A stretch of 64,000 nt of DNA from Deltaproteobacteria bacterium (GCA_032128375.1 JAQBGU010000096.1:8273-72272); one strand, 5' to 3'; positions 29,722 through 39,671 are shown, numbered from the stretch's first letter. A program made the numbers and translations. Notes: generated from the sequence alone by a model not told the origin.

Positions 29722-31914
29722 ATGACGCTCAGTGAGAGCAATGGCGCCTCCCCCGCGACGACTAAAGCCGAGGCGAACGCGTTGAACCGCCCGAACCACC
29801 AGCCACGTACGAGCTGGGAACGCTGTTTCGGTCATCCGATTGCAGCTCCCCTACTGTGGGGTCTCATAGCCGGGGTCTTTGGTGCATTTACGGCGAGACT
29901 CGACCCCAATGTGCTCGAAGAGGGCATCATTTTACACACCGCCCAGCGTATGCTTGCGGGAGAGCATCTCTACCGAGACATCATCGTCCACACCGCGCCG
30001 CTTCCCTATGAGTTGCTCGCTGCCTGTTTCCGGCTGTTCGGAGCCGAGCTTTGGGTCGCCCGGGCATTGTTGGTTTGCTTTCAGATGCTGGGGGTTTCGG
30101 CGTTGTTCGCGCTGGTGCGCCGGAGTGGGACGAGCGAACTCGCGCACTGCGCGGCGGCGATCGTCGCGACCGCGCCGGTCTTCCTGTTCCCACAGATATC
30201 GAATTACTACTACACGACGATTGCGTTCTACCTGGCCCTCGCAGCCTCCTACATGGGAGCGCGGGCCGTGGAGTCGCAGCGATGGGCTGTGTGCGCAGGT
30301 GCGATGCTCTCTGTCATCGCGCTGTGCAAGCAGACAACCGGTGTGGTCTTCGCCGTTCCATTTGTCATCGCACTTTTCGTGCTGACCGCGCCGAGTCAAC
30401 GGCCGCGCCGGGCGTTGGCGGTGGTTGGTGGCGGCGCGTTGCTCGCGGCCGCCACGCTCGGAGCCTATGCACTTCGCGGCGATCTGGCGGATTTGATATT
30501 CGGAATCGTCGAACTCCCGCTCTCCATGGGAAGCAGCTACCGCGCGCCCTATTTGAATATCTGGCCGCTCGGCGAGTTGGCACAGGATGTCAGCGAGAAC
30601 TGGGTGATGTATGTGCCGGGCCTCTACTACCTGAAGCATGGGCTGTTCGCGACGCTCGGCCAGCCCATCATCGTGACGACCCAATTTCTGTACGCGCTGC
30701 CGTTTTGTGCGGTAGCGGCAACCCTGCTGCGCGCCTGGCGGGGCGGGCTGACGACTGCCGGATGGCTGCACGGCGCGGTTCTGCTCGCGATGACGTCGAA
30801 CGTATTTCCTCGGTCGTCGTGGGGACATCTCGTCGTTGCGCTACCGCCGTCGTTGGTGCAGTTGGCGCTTCTGTTTCGACGCGCCGACACGAACGACAAC
30901 ACGCCGCCGTGGGCGCGCGCGGTCGCTGTCTCGATCGCGATCGGTTGCGTGGCGGCAGCCGCAGCAACCGCCAGTTGGATCGAGAGCCAGGCGGGGCCCG
31001 CCAGCTTCGGCCCTCGGGTACCACTGCGCCCAGTCTCTCGCGCCTACAGAGAACCCGGGATCCCTCGCGTAATCCAATACCTGGGCAACCGCACACGCCC
31101 AGGCGACAGCATCTTCGTCACCCGCCAGGAGCCACTGATCTACTTCGCCACGCAGACTCGGAATCCGACGCCATTCGGCGGCGTCCTTCCCGGGCTGCGG
31201 TCCCTTCAAGAACCACGGATTCTCGCCGCGCTCGAGAACACTCGATTCGTTGTAATGAGCGACATCGACCAGCCCCTCTACACCTACTACGACAAAGAAC
31301 TCCCAGCCGTCCAGCAATACCTGGAACGGCACTACTCGGTGCCGGCCGACTTCGTGCTCGACGACTACAGCTGGATCGTCGTCGTCGCGCGTGGACCCGA
31401 CCGAGGCGAAACCTTGATCGATCTGGTCGACGAACGCGATCGAGGCCAAAATTGGGTTCGCGATAGCGATGGGCGAACCCGTCCTGCAGTGGGAACGCCC
31501 CAGCACCTCGCCGCGCGGCAGCTCAACCGTCCGCTGCCGGTCGCGCTCGGCGCAACCGGCGGTGGACTCGATTTCGAAATCGATATCCCGGCCAACGCGG
31601 TGTTCCAGGCCGGTGTTGGATACCGCGGACTGGTGTCGATCGACCACCAGTACATTCACCCAAACGGGATCACACTGTCTGTGTCGGTGGATTCCGGCCA
31701 GGGCTTCGAGCAGGTCGAGTCGCTGCGGATCAACGACAGCGTTCGCGCCGGGCGGCGCTGGGTTCCCTTCGAAGCCGATCTCGGCGCCTACGCGGACCAG
31801 CGCGTGACACTGCGACTCGAAGCACGTATGGACGAGCGGGCCGACGGCTCGCGCGGCTCCGGCCAGATGACCTGGTGGGGAAGCCCTCGGGTTGCGCGAA
31901 AGCCGCTGGACTGA
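29722..31914 (+). CDS. GT-C fold membrane glycosyltransferase with C-terminal beta-sandwich-like domain
   Basis: LEEG acidic motif, GEHLYRD and CKQ motifs, about 12 TMs and a long soluble C-terminus. Paralog of 40992-43277. Start placed at ATG 29722. Confidence 0.75.
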   Translation: MTLSESNGASPATTKAEANALNRPNHQPRTSWERCFGHPIAAPLLWGLIAGVFGAFTARLDPNVLEEGIILHTAQRMLAGEHLYRDIIVHTAPLPYELLAACFRLFGAELWVARALLVCFQMLGVSALFALVRRSGTSELAHCAAAIVATAPVFLFPQISNYYYTTIAFYLALAASYMGARAVESQRWAVCAGAMLSVIALCKQTTGVVFAVPFVIALFVLTAPSQRPRRALAVVGGGALLAAATLGAYALRGDLADLIFGIVELPLSMGSSYRAPYLNIWPLGELAQDVSENWVMYVPGLYYLKHGLFATLGQPIIVTTQFLYALPFCAVAATLLRAWRGGLTTAGWLHGAVLLAMTSNVFPRSSWGHLVVALPPSLVQLALLFRRADTNDNTPPWARAVAVSIAIGCVAAAAATASWIESQAGPASFGPRVPLRPVSRAYREPGIPRVIQYLGNRTRPGDSIFVTRQEPLIYFATQTRNPTPFGGVLPGLRSLQEPRILAALENTRFVVMSDIDQPLYTYYDKELPAVQQYLERHYSVPADFVLDDYSWIVVVARGPDRGETLIDLVDERDRGQNWVRDSDGRTRPAVGTPQHLAARQLNRPLPVALGATGGGLDFEIDIPANAVFQAGVGYRGLVSIDHQYIHPNGITLSVSVDSGQGFEQVESLRINDSVRAGRRWVPFEADLGAYADQRVTLRLEARMDERADGSRGSGQMTWWGSPRVARKPLD

Positions 31915-31944
31915 GTCCAACGCGTGCGCGACCCTTGCGAGACC

Positions 31945-32808
31945 TTGAACGCTCGATACATCATCACTGCGATCCTTGCGACAGCATTCGGTGTAATCTC
32001 CGGCCTATATGCAGCGGGCTTTCGTCCCGGCGCTCGGACCGTGTTACCCGCTGCACCGCCTGCGCGCAGTACCGACGTCCAAGCCGCGCAGGCGCCGAGC
32101 CCACACCTCGAGGCCGTCGAGACGCCCGAACTCACCGCCATCCGAAACGAGCTGGCATTCGAGCGCGACGCACGCTTCGCGATCGCCGAAGAACTCGACC
32201 AGATCTGGGCCGAGCTGGCCAAGTTGTCAGCCCCGGACGGCGGCGGCGCAGCCCCACAGCCCGCCGGCCGTACCCAGCTGCCCCCGAATCAAACGGCGCA
32301 ACCGGACACCAAGAAGTGGTTCGACACTGCGTCCTTGCTCGAAGCGGGGGTTCCCGAGCACGATATCGAGCGGCTGCGAGAACGTTACGAAGCCGAACAG
32401 CTCGACGAGCTCTACCTGCACGATCTCGCCACCCGAGAGGGCTGGGTGGGAAGTCCGCGATATCGCAAAGAACTGTTTCGTCTCAATCAAGATCTGCGCA
32501 CCGAACTGGGCGACAATGACTACGACCGCGTGACATACGCGTCGGGGAAACGAAACCGGGTCGCGGTCGACGACGTGCTGCAGAACTCTCCCGGGGCGGC
32601 AATCGGCCTTCGCAAGGGAGATGTCATCGTCCGTTACGACGGGCAGTTGATCCTGTCACCCCAAGAATTGCGCAGTGCAACCGCTCGTGGATCCGCCGAT
32701 CAGACAACCTCGATCGATGTGCTGCGAAACACCGAGACGCTGCGTTTCTATGTGCCGCGTGGCCCGCTCGGAGTACGCATCGGGCAAACCCGGCGGCCAC
32801 CCGAATAA
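31945..32808 (+). CDS. Membrane-anchored protein with helical middle region and C-terminal PDZ domain
   Basis: N-terminal hydrophobic helix; SPGAAIGLRKGDVIVRYDG...RGPLGV PDZ signature. Start TTG 31945 or GTG 31924. Confidence 0.75.
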   Translation: MNARYIITAILATAFGVISGLYAAGFRPGARTVLPAAPPARSTDVQAAQAPSPHLEAVETPELTAIRNELAFERDARFAIAEELDQIWAELAKLSAPDGGGAAPQPAGRTQLPPNQTAQPDTKKWFDTASLLEAGVPEHDIERLRERYEAEQLDELYLHDLATREGWVGSPRYRKELFRLNQDLRTELGDNDYDRVTYASGKRNRVAVDDVLQNSPGAAIGLRKGDVIVRYDGQLILSPQELRSATARGSADQTTSIDVLRNTETLRFYVPRGPLGVRIGQTRRPPE

Positions 32809-32948
32809 CCCCTGAACCATCCAATGGCATGCCACAGGAACAGGCCCATGACGTGTATTCGACTTTCAGACGATGGTGATAAACCCTTGAAAACAGTAGA
32901 CTATTTCTGATTCGCAGCAAGCCCGAACGGCTGCTCCAGAGAGCTGAT

Positions 32949-33014
32949 TCCAGACACTTCAATCCAGACACTTGAATCCAGACGCTTGAATCCAGACACT
33001 TGAATCCAGACACT
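32949..33014. repeat. 14-bp tandem repeat TCCAGACACTTGAA, about 4.7 copies
   Basis: Units start at 32949, 32963, 32977, 32991 and 33005 (partial), with single mismatches and no spacers. Confidence 0.95.
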
Positions 33015-33035
33015 AGAGAGACGGAAACCTTCGCA

Positions 33036-33752
33036 TTGAGTCGCTGCATTGTCGTCATCCCGACCTACAACGAATGCGAAAATCTCCCGCTACTCGTTCC
33101 GGAGGTCCTGCGTCAGGACCCGCGCATCGAGGTTCTCGTGGTCGACGACAACTCACCCGACGGAACGGGCGACGTGGCGCAAAAGCTGGCGGATGTCGAA
33201 TCGCGCGTCCATGTATTGCATCGACCGAAGAAACAAGGCCTCGGTCCCGCGTATCGGGCCGGATTCACCGAGGCATTGAAGCTCGGGGCAGACTGGGTGG
33301 TTCAAATGGATGCGGACTTTTCCCATCCACCGGACGTACTCGCAACAATGCTCGACGAAATCCGAGATGCGGACGTCGTACTCGGCTCGCGATATCTCAA
33401 CGGCATCACCGTCGTGAATTGGCCCATCGAACGAATTCTGATCAGCTACTTCGGAAACTGGTACGTGAAAAAAATCACCGGCCTGTGCATCAGTGATACG
33501 ACCGGCGGGTTTCGCTGCATGCGCAGTTCGTGGTTGGATCGGGTCGGTTTCGAGCGGATCCGCTCCGATGGATACGCGTTCCAGATCGAACTCAACTATC
33601 GATTCGTCAAGTTCGGGGCGCGGGTCAAGGAGATCCCTTTCTTCTTCCTGGACCGAACCCGCGGAACTTCGAAATTGACGGTTCGAATCGGCCTGGAGGC
33701 ATTGTGGGTCGCTTGGTGGCTTCGCATCAACGACCTATTGGGCCGCCTCTGA
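33036..33752 (+). CDS. Polyprenol-phosphate mannose synthase-like GT2 (DPM1-like)
   Basis: IPTYNE, VDDNSPDGT, GLGPAY, MDADFSH, GSRY, DTTGGFR and GYAFQIE motifs. Confidence 0.92.
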   Translation: MSRCIVVIPTYNECENLPLLVPEVLRQDPRIEVLVVDDNSPDGTGDVAQKLADVESRVHVLHRPKKQGLGPAYRAGFTEALKLGADWVVQMDADFSHPPDVLATMLDEIRDADVVLGSRYLNGITVVNWPIERILISYFGNWYVKKITGLCISDTTGGFRCMRSSWLDRVGFERIRSDGYAFQIELNYRFVKFGARVKEIPFFFLDRTRGTSKLTVRIGLEALWVAWWLRINDLLGRL

Positions 33753-33766
33753 GAGGGCTCGAAGCG

Positions 33767-34891
33767 ATGCGTCGCCTGCCGCGCGTTCTTGTGCTCAACG
33801 AACGCGATCTCTCGCACCCCAAAGCAGGGGGAGCCGAGATCCATGTCACAGAGGTGTTCAAGCGGCTCACCGAGCGAGGCTTTCCCGTGACGCTGGCTTC
33901 CAGTTCCTATCCCGGTTGCGCCGACCACGATGAAATCGCCGGGATGGCTGTCGTGCGACTGGGAGGGATCCCATTCTACTACCTTCGCGCTGCCGCGTAC
34001 TGTGCGCGCGAAACGCGACGCGGTAGCTACGACATCGTCGTGGAGTGCTTGAACAAGCTGCCATTCTTGGCCCCAGCCTATTCGGCGGTCCCAGTCGTCG
34101 CGCTGTGTCACCACCTTTTTGGCGTCACGGCCTTTCAGCAGCAGAGCTGGCCCATCGCGGCGGCTGTGTGGTCCATCGAACGGCTCATTCCATCTCTATA
34201 CCGACGCGCACCCTTTGTCAGCATCTCTGAAAGCACACGCGACGACCTGATCGGACGCGGTGTCGCCGCGGACCAGGTACGGGTGAGCCATTGCGGGATC
34301 GCCCGCCCGCGCTTTGACCCACGGCCCATTTCGCAGCGCGGCCAGAGCATCGTATACGTGGGCCGTCTCGAACCCTACAAGCGTGTCGACGTAATGATCG
34401 CCGCCGCGGGTCAGTTGCGGCAGCGCTTTGGCGATCTCGAGTTGATCGTGATTGGCCGCGGTTCGGATCAACCCCGGCTCGAACGGATTGCCGCAGAACA
34501 CGGAGTGGCCGATCGGATCCGCTTCGTGGGATTCGTGGACGACGCCGAACGCGACCGGCTGCTCGGAACCGCGCGGGTATGCGTGTGTCCATCGATGAAA
34601 GAGGGCTGGGGTCTGACCGTGATCGAGTCGAACGCGCTTGGAACCCCGGTTGTTGCGACAGATGCTCCGGGTCTGCGCGATTCTGTCATCGACGGAAAGA
34701 CCGGCTATCTGGTCGCCGAGGGCGACGTGGCTGCATTCGCATACCGAATCGGCGCGATCCTCTCCAATGACCGTCTGGCCGATGAGATGTCGCAAGCGGC
34801 GCTCAACTGGTCAGGTCAATTCGATTGGGATCGAGCAGCCGATGAGATGGCTGACTCGTTACTCAGCGCCTCCGCCGCAGCCGCCGGATGA
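33767..34891 (+). CDS. Glycosyltransferase family 4
   Basis: AGGAE, VGRLEPYKR and EGWGLTVIE (E-x7-E) motifs. Start at ATG 33767. Confidence 0.92.
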   Translation: MRRLPRVLVLNERDLSHPKAGGAEIHVTEVFKRLTERGFPVTLASSSYPGCADHDEIAGMAVVRLGGIPFYYLRAAAYCARETRRGSYDIVVECLNKLPFLAPAYSAVPVVALCHHLFGVTAFQQQSWPIAAAVWSIERLIPSLYRRAPFVSISESTRDDLIGRGVAADQVRVSHCGIARPRFDPRPISQRGQSIVYVGRLEPYKRVDVMIAAAGQLRQRFGDLELIVIGRGSDQPRLERIAAEHGVADRIRFVGFVDDAERDRLLGTARVCVCPSMKEGWGLTVIESNALGTPVVATDAPGLRDSVIDGKTGYLVAEGDVAAFAYRIGAILSNDRLADEMSQAALNWSGQFDWDRAADEMADSLLSASAAAAG

Positions 34892-34967
34892 TCGCGCCGG
34901 AGCCGCTCCACCGCGCGAACCGCGATCTCGGGTACTCTGAAACACCGGATTGAGGGAGCGGGAGTCG

Positions 34968-35909
34968 ATGAGCGCGATGAGCGCAAAGCAGTGGCTGCAG
35001 CGCGGTGTACCGATCGTGATCAGCGGCGGGTCGATCTTCTGGCTGCTCGGGTCGATCGATTCCGAGGCCTTGATCGGGGCTCTGAACTGGCGCATCGCAG
35101 CGGTACTCGTCCCATCTCTGTTGGCCTATGGTGCGCTGTCATTGGCGATCGAAGCCGCTTCAATATTGACGCTGGTCGATCCTCGCCCGCCCGGCTTCGG
35201 ACTCTGGGTCGCTGCTCGGATCAAATCTGCCAGCTACCTGGTCGGGATCGTGAACTACGCACTCGGCGGGGTCGCGCTGACGGTGCTATTGCGCAAGCGC
35301 GCAGCAACCGGAACGGGAGAATCGGCGAGCATCGTGTTGCTCATCGCGGTGATCGACATCATCGTCGTGCTCAGTTTTGCGAGTCTGAGTGGCGTGGATG
35401 CTGGCGACGACGCCCCCGCGATTCGCGCCGGGATCGTTGCGCTGGCGGTGTCGGGTTTCTTCGTTGGAATGACGCTGCTTCGAGCGCCAGGATCGCTCGG
35501 TCCGTTGGAACGCATCCGCACACTCGCGGTATTCGACGCGCTGCGCACGACTCCGTTGCGCCGAATCGGCCAGGTCGCAGCCCTGCGTTCTTTGTTTTCC
35601 GTGTTGTTCATCTCGCTGGCGCGTAGCGTGTTTTTCGCGTTCGAAATAGACATCGGAGCCGCGCAGTTGATATTTGGCATGATGGTGATTGCCGTGGTCG
35701 GTGCGCTTCCGATCGCGGTCGCGGGGCTCGGAACCGGCCAGGTGACCGCTCTGTATGTCTTTCGCGACGTCGCCCCGCCGGCCGAGCTATTGGCGCTGAG
35801 TCTGGTGTTGTCGGCCGGGTTGATCTTGCTGCGCGCGTCGATGGGCCTATTTTTTGCGCGCGAGTACACACGTGAAGTGATCGAAGAATCGCGGAGTGCC
35901 CCCACGTGA
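34968..35909 (+). CDS. Lysylphosphatidylglycerol-synthase TM / UPF0104 flippase-like membrane protein
   Basis: About 8 TMs with LPIAVAGLG near the C-terminus. Lies in an operon with the GT2 and GT4 genes. Confidence 0.65.
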   Translation: MSAMSAKQWLQRGVPIVISGGSIFWLLGSIDSEALIGALNWRIAAVLVPSLLAYGALSLAIEAASILTLVDPRPPGFGLWVAARIKSASYLVGIVNYALGGVALTVLLRKRAATGTGESASIVLLIAVIDIIVVLSFASLSGVDAGDDAPAIRAGIVALAVSGFFVGMTLLRAPGSLGPLERIRTLAVFDALRTTPLRRIGQVAALRSLFSVLFISLARSVFFAFEIDIGAAQLIFGMMVIAVVGALPIAVAGLGTGQVTALYVFRDVAPPAELLALSLVLSAGLILLRASMGLFFAREYTREVIEESRSAPT

Positions 35910-36679
35910 GCGATCTGACCTTCACGGGTGAACGACTTCACGCCGGTAACAAGTTGTTTTCGGTCGACCTGGCGCGGCACGATGCCGCCTACCAGATTGC
36001 GTTGGCGCACGCCGGTTCGGATGCAAAGGTAATCGAGTTGGGAAGCGGGGCGGGCTACGGAGCCGCGACGCTGGCCGATCACGCGCTCGACATCGTGGCG
36101 ATCGATCGTGTCGCGCCGGATTCCGCCAGCCGGCAGAGCCGTTGCCGGTTCGTGCGCGGAGACCTGAACAGCATCCCGCTGGTCCGCCGCAGCTTCGACC
36201 TCGTCGTGAGTTTTCAGGTTATCGAGCATCTGGATGACCCGACGCATTACGTCGACGCAATCGCCGACCTGGTCCTGCCCGATGGCACTGCGCTGGTTAC
36301 CACGCCGAACCTGCTGATGTCCGATGGCGTGAACCCCTACCACGTGCACGAATACCGGGCCGAAGAATTGGCGGATTGCTTGCGAAGGCGCTTCGAGCAG
36401 GTCGAAGTCCAAGGCATCAGCGCGTCGGAAGAGGTCAAGACCTACATGCGCGAACGGTCCGCGCGCATCGCGCGGATCATGAAGCTCGACCCGCTCGGGC
36501 TCCACAAGCGCCTGCCGCGAAGCTGGATCGAATGGTTGTTCGCAACCTTTGCGATCTTCGTGCGCCGCCAGACGCAGCGCGATTCGGGCGCACCCCAGGT
36601 GACCTGGCGCGACTTCCCAGCCGGTCCGGCCGACGACGACTGCCTGGACTTGCTCGCGATCTGTCGCCGGCCGCGATGA
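35906..36679 (+). CDS. Class I SAM-dependent methyltransferase
   Basis: FTGER, IELGSGAGYG, FQVIEH, TPN and YHVHEY motifs. Confidence 0.9.
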   Translation: MSDLTFTGERLHAGNKLFSVDLARHDAAYQIALAHAGSDAKVIELGSGAGYGAATLADHALDIVAIDRVAPDSASRQSRCRFVRGDLNSIPLVRRSFDLVVSFQVIEHLDDPTHYVDAIADLVLPDGTALVTTPNLLMSDGVNPYHVHEYRAEELADCLRRRFEQVEVQGISASEEVKTYMRERSARIARIMKLDPLGLHKRLPRSWIEWLFATFAIFVRRQTQRDSGAPQVTWRDFPAGPADDDCLDLLAICRRPR

Positions 36680-37656
36680 TCGCGAAGCAGCGCTTCGTCG
36701 AAATCGACGCGCTGAAGACCGTCGGAATTGCGACTGTCGTGCTGATCCACTGCGTTCGAACACCCTGGGATGCGCTGATCTCGCCGGTCGAGATCTGGCT
36801 CGGACACCTGACGCGATTCGGCGTTCCCACGTTTCTGTTCGCATCCGGCTTTCTGTATGCCACAAGTGAGCGCGTGTCCGTGCGGCTCACGCTGCGCCGC
36901 CTCAGGCGGATCGTGGTGCCCTACCTGATCGTGTCGCTCGCCGCGCAGGCATGGTGGTCCCTGCTCGATCTACCGACCGAGGTGCGGGACTTCTGGCCCG
37001 ATCTCGCGTTCGGCGCGTCGATGGGACCGTTCTACTACGTATTCGTCATTGCCGGGTTGATCGTGGTCACTCCACTGTTCGCGAGGCTCCCGCGCGCGGC
37101 GCTGACTGCGCTGACCGTCGCGATGCTCGCCGCCCAGTGGTACGTCGATGCCGCCATCGGCTTCCATATCCCGCTCTATTGGCACCTGCGCAATCCGCTT
37201 CTGTGGTGGGCCTATTTTCTGGTCGGCTGGCAAGTCCGACTGCATCAGCCAGCCGTCTCGAACTGGCTGGCGCCTCGAACCTGGTTCCCGCCGACAGTGC
37301 TGATCGCGGTCGTGGCGCTGGCGGTCCAGTCCGCGGCGGCCGGTCCGCTGTTGGGCGTTCGCACGGCAGCCTGGTTGAACGTCTACGCGATCCTAGGGCT
37401 CGTGTATTCGATCGCGTGTGGGAGAGCGGATGCTAGCGGCGCTCTGCGTTACCTGAGCGACGCGACGTACGCGATTTTTCTGCTGCACCTGTTCTTCGTG
37501 TCGGGTGTGCTGCTGCTGGTGCCCCACCGGCCATTGTTTGCCGGGTTCGCGCCAATTGCCCTCCCGTGGCTCGCCGGCATGGTTGGTCCGATCATCTTGC
37601 TTGCGGCGGCACGGGCATCATTCGGCGAGCGCAGCAAGGACATCATCGGAGGCTGA
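36676..37656 (+). CDS. Acyltransferase family 3 (OafA/WecH-like) membrane O-acyltransferase
   Basis: IDALK...VVLIH, VPTFLFASG, RLRRIVVPY and YAIFLLH motifs. ATG 36676 overlaps the upstream stop. Confidence 0.85.
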   Translation: MIAKQRFVEIDALKTVGIATVVLIHCVRTPWDALISPVEIWLGHLTRFGVPTFLFASGFLYATSERVSVRLTLRRLRRIVVPYLIVSLAAQAWWSLLDLPTEVRDFWPDLAFGASMGPFYYVFVIAGLIVVTPLFARLPRAALTALTVAMLAAQWYVDAAIGFHIPLYWHLRNPLLWWAYFLVGWQVRLHQPAVSNWLAPRTWFPPTVLIAVVALAVQSAAAGPLLGVRTAAWLNVYAILGLVYSIACGRADASGALRYLSDATYAIFLLHLFFVSGVLLLVPHRPLFAGFAPIALPWLAGMVGPIILLAAARASFGERSKDIIGG

Positions 37657-37751
37657 GCGGTGCTCCTGCGGCCGCGCATCTCCGCTCCGTGCCGTCCTTG
37701 AATCGTTGAGGCAGCTCTCGGCCAGTCGCGTTGACTCTCTTTTGTCGGGGC

Positions 37752-38738
37752 TCAGATCGGTTTTCTTGCGACCATGCGTTGATTTGAGGTTTGTTGGCCC
37801 AGTTTTGCGCGCAGTGTGTCGAGCAAGACGAACAATGCCAGGAGTAGCGGGTTCTGATAGTGAAAAAAGCGTGTGAATGATCGGGGATAGCCGTTGTCCA
37901 GGAAGTAGTTATGCAGCGATATCGTCCATGCAGAAGTCGATATCAGATAGTCGGTCCGTTCGATCGCGAAACCGCAATCGCCGAGCAGGCGTTGCAGCGC
38001 AGAAGTGGAAAACAGGTTCCAGTGCCGCGGAAAGTGGTAGTGGCCCCACCACGAGGGCTTGAACAAGTGGTAGTCGAGGCCGCCGGTGTTGGGCGTCTCG
38101 ATGATGAACACGCCACCTGGGCGCAACAACGAATAGACGTGCTTCGCGATCGCGGCCGGGTCCTCCACATGTTCGATCAACTGCAGCATGATGATTGCGT
38201 CGTAGCGCCGATCGCCGGGATCGAACTCTTCGACGCGCCCGAGGTGGGTGCGAAAGCCGCGGGCTCTACACTGCTCGGCCGCGGCGGTATCAAAATCGAT
38301 GCCCTCGAGTTCCCAATCGCTCGAACCGAACTCATCGAGCAACGCGAGAAATCGGCCGTTCCCACAGCCGATGTCGAGAAGCCGGCGTGAGCCTGGACCG
38401 ACCCAATCTCGGAAGAGACGCACTTTTCTGCCTTCCCAGCGTCTCCTCAATCGCGAAACGATTCCCTTCGACTCTTCTGCGTAGGCGTAGTAGTTGCTTG
38501 GATAGATCGTCCCGAGATCTTCCGGGCGGGGTCTCGGGTTCAGATACAGGTGATCGCAGTGTGGGCACCGGACGAACCGGAAACGATTCGCGCAGGTCGC
38601 GTACTCGAAATCGATGCCGTCAGCCTCGAACACCCCGTCGGCCTCACCGCACAGCACACAGTGAGTTTCAATCAGCGATAACGGAGTGTTGGGCGGTGCT
38701 TGGGCCGAAGCCGATGAGTCGAGATTCGATTGGGACAC
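37752..38738 (-). CDS. Class I SAM-dependent methyltransferase with N-terminal CxxC/CxxC motif
   Basis: CVLC...CPHC, LDIGCGNG, LIEH, ETPN and PRH motifs. Start placed at GTG 38738. Confidence 0.88.
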   Translation of the reverse strand: MSQSNLDSSASAQAPPNTPLSLIETHCVLCGEADGVFEADGIDFEYATCANRFRFVRCPHCDHLYLNPRPRPEDLGTIYPSNYYAYAEESKGIVSRLRRRWEGRKVRLFRDWVGPGSRRLLDIGCGNGRFLALLDEFGSSDWELEGIDFDTAAAEQCRARGFRTHLGRVEEFDPGDRRYDAIIMLQLIEHVEDPAAIAKHVYSLLRPGGVFIIETPNTGGLDYHLFKPSWWGHYHFPRHWNLFSTSALQRLLGDCGFAIERTDYLISTSAWTISLHNYFLDNGYPRSFTRFFHYQNPLLLALFVLLDTLRAKLGQQTSNQRMVARKPI

Positions 38739-39570
38739 CGTGCTCCTCCAAATACGCCCGCTTCTGGCGAAACACAGCCGCATACCGGTGCCAGGGCGTG
38801 TCCGGCCAGAGATGGTGGATCGCATGGTAGTTGTGGCCGAGAACCAGCGGCGTGAACCAGGCCAGGTCGATGATCCGCGTGCCCCGAAAGCGATTGGGTG
38901 GGAGTCCAACGTGTGGCAGGTAGTTGATGTACCAGTCCATGAATACCTTGGATATCACCAGCGGTACGAACCACAGCAACACCAGGTCGAGAAACGCACC
39001 CCAGTACCACGCGGCCGCGTACAGGCTGAGGATCGCGAGCGGAGGCAGACTGTCGAGAGTCTTCTCGCCGCGCGTTCGCGGGTCCTTCGACAACCGCTCT
39101 CGCGCGAAGCTCAGGATCTTGAAGTAGCGAAATCCGATCTGCCAGAACGGCCCATCCGTGTAGATCTTGTTTGGGTCGTCCGGCCCGTTGAGCCCCGCGT
39201 GATGCTGGAGATGAAACCACTTTTCGATGTAGAACGGAGCCATGTATGGAAAGATGCCGAGGAAGCCCACCAGATCGCAGACCCACCCCTTGTCGGAGAT
39301 GTTCTTGTGAACGGCTTCGTGCCAAGTGGTGAACGAGAGGTGAATCCCGATCGCACCGATCAAAACGTGGACGAACCACGGAAGCGCAGACGCCTGGTAC
39401 CAAAAGAAATTGCCGACCATCAGCGCGTACATCGATACCACCAGCGCGACGGTCAGGCGATCGGTACTGCGAGAAGACGCCACCGCAAAAACTCCCGGAC
39501 TCCGATTGACCACAAGCCGGCGCGAGTGGGCGCCGATTGGGCGAGCTGCCTCGACCGGCTCGGCCCGCAA
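38668..39570 (-). CDS. Membrane fatty-acid desaturase/hydroxylase family (CrtR-like)
   Basis: Three His boxes (HEAVH, HLQHH, NYHAIHHLWP) plus YLPH. Start uncertain. Confidence 0.85.
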   Translation of the reverse strand: MRAEPVEAARPIGAHSRRLVVNRSPGVFAVASSRSTDRLTVALVVSMYALMVGNFFWYQASALPWFVHVLIGAIGIHLSFTTWHEAVHKNISDKGWVCDLVGFLGIFPYMAPFYIEKWFHLQHHAGLNGPDDPNKIYTDGPFWQIGFRYFKILSFARERLSKDPRTRGEKTLDSLPPLAILSLYAAAWYWGAFLDLVLLWFVPLVISKVFMDWYINYLPHVGLPPNRFRGTRIIDLAWFTPLVLGHNYHAIHHLWPDTPWHRYAAVFRQKRAYLEEHGVPIESRLIGFGPSTAQHSVIAD

Positions 39571-39671
39571 CGCATGGCGGGTCCGGTCGTAGAGAGAATA
39601 TCTAACCGTTTTCGATAACTTACGTCAATCGGGCGTCAATCAGGCACGCCCTCCCCCGTACAGCGAGCCAG

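Noticed and set aside
32949..33014. Possible CRISPR array
   Set aside because: Units are contiguous 14-mers with no unique spacers, and there are no cas genes in the window. The same applies to the other repeat tracts.
35255..36865. 536-aa antisense ORF and many other long overlapping ORFs (e.g. 13710-15029, 17160-18512, 30051-31466)
   Set aside because: Shadow ORFs typical of high-GC DNA: Arg/Ala/Pro-rich, no motifs, overlapping well-supported genes.
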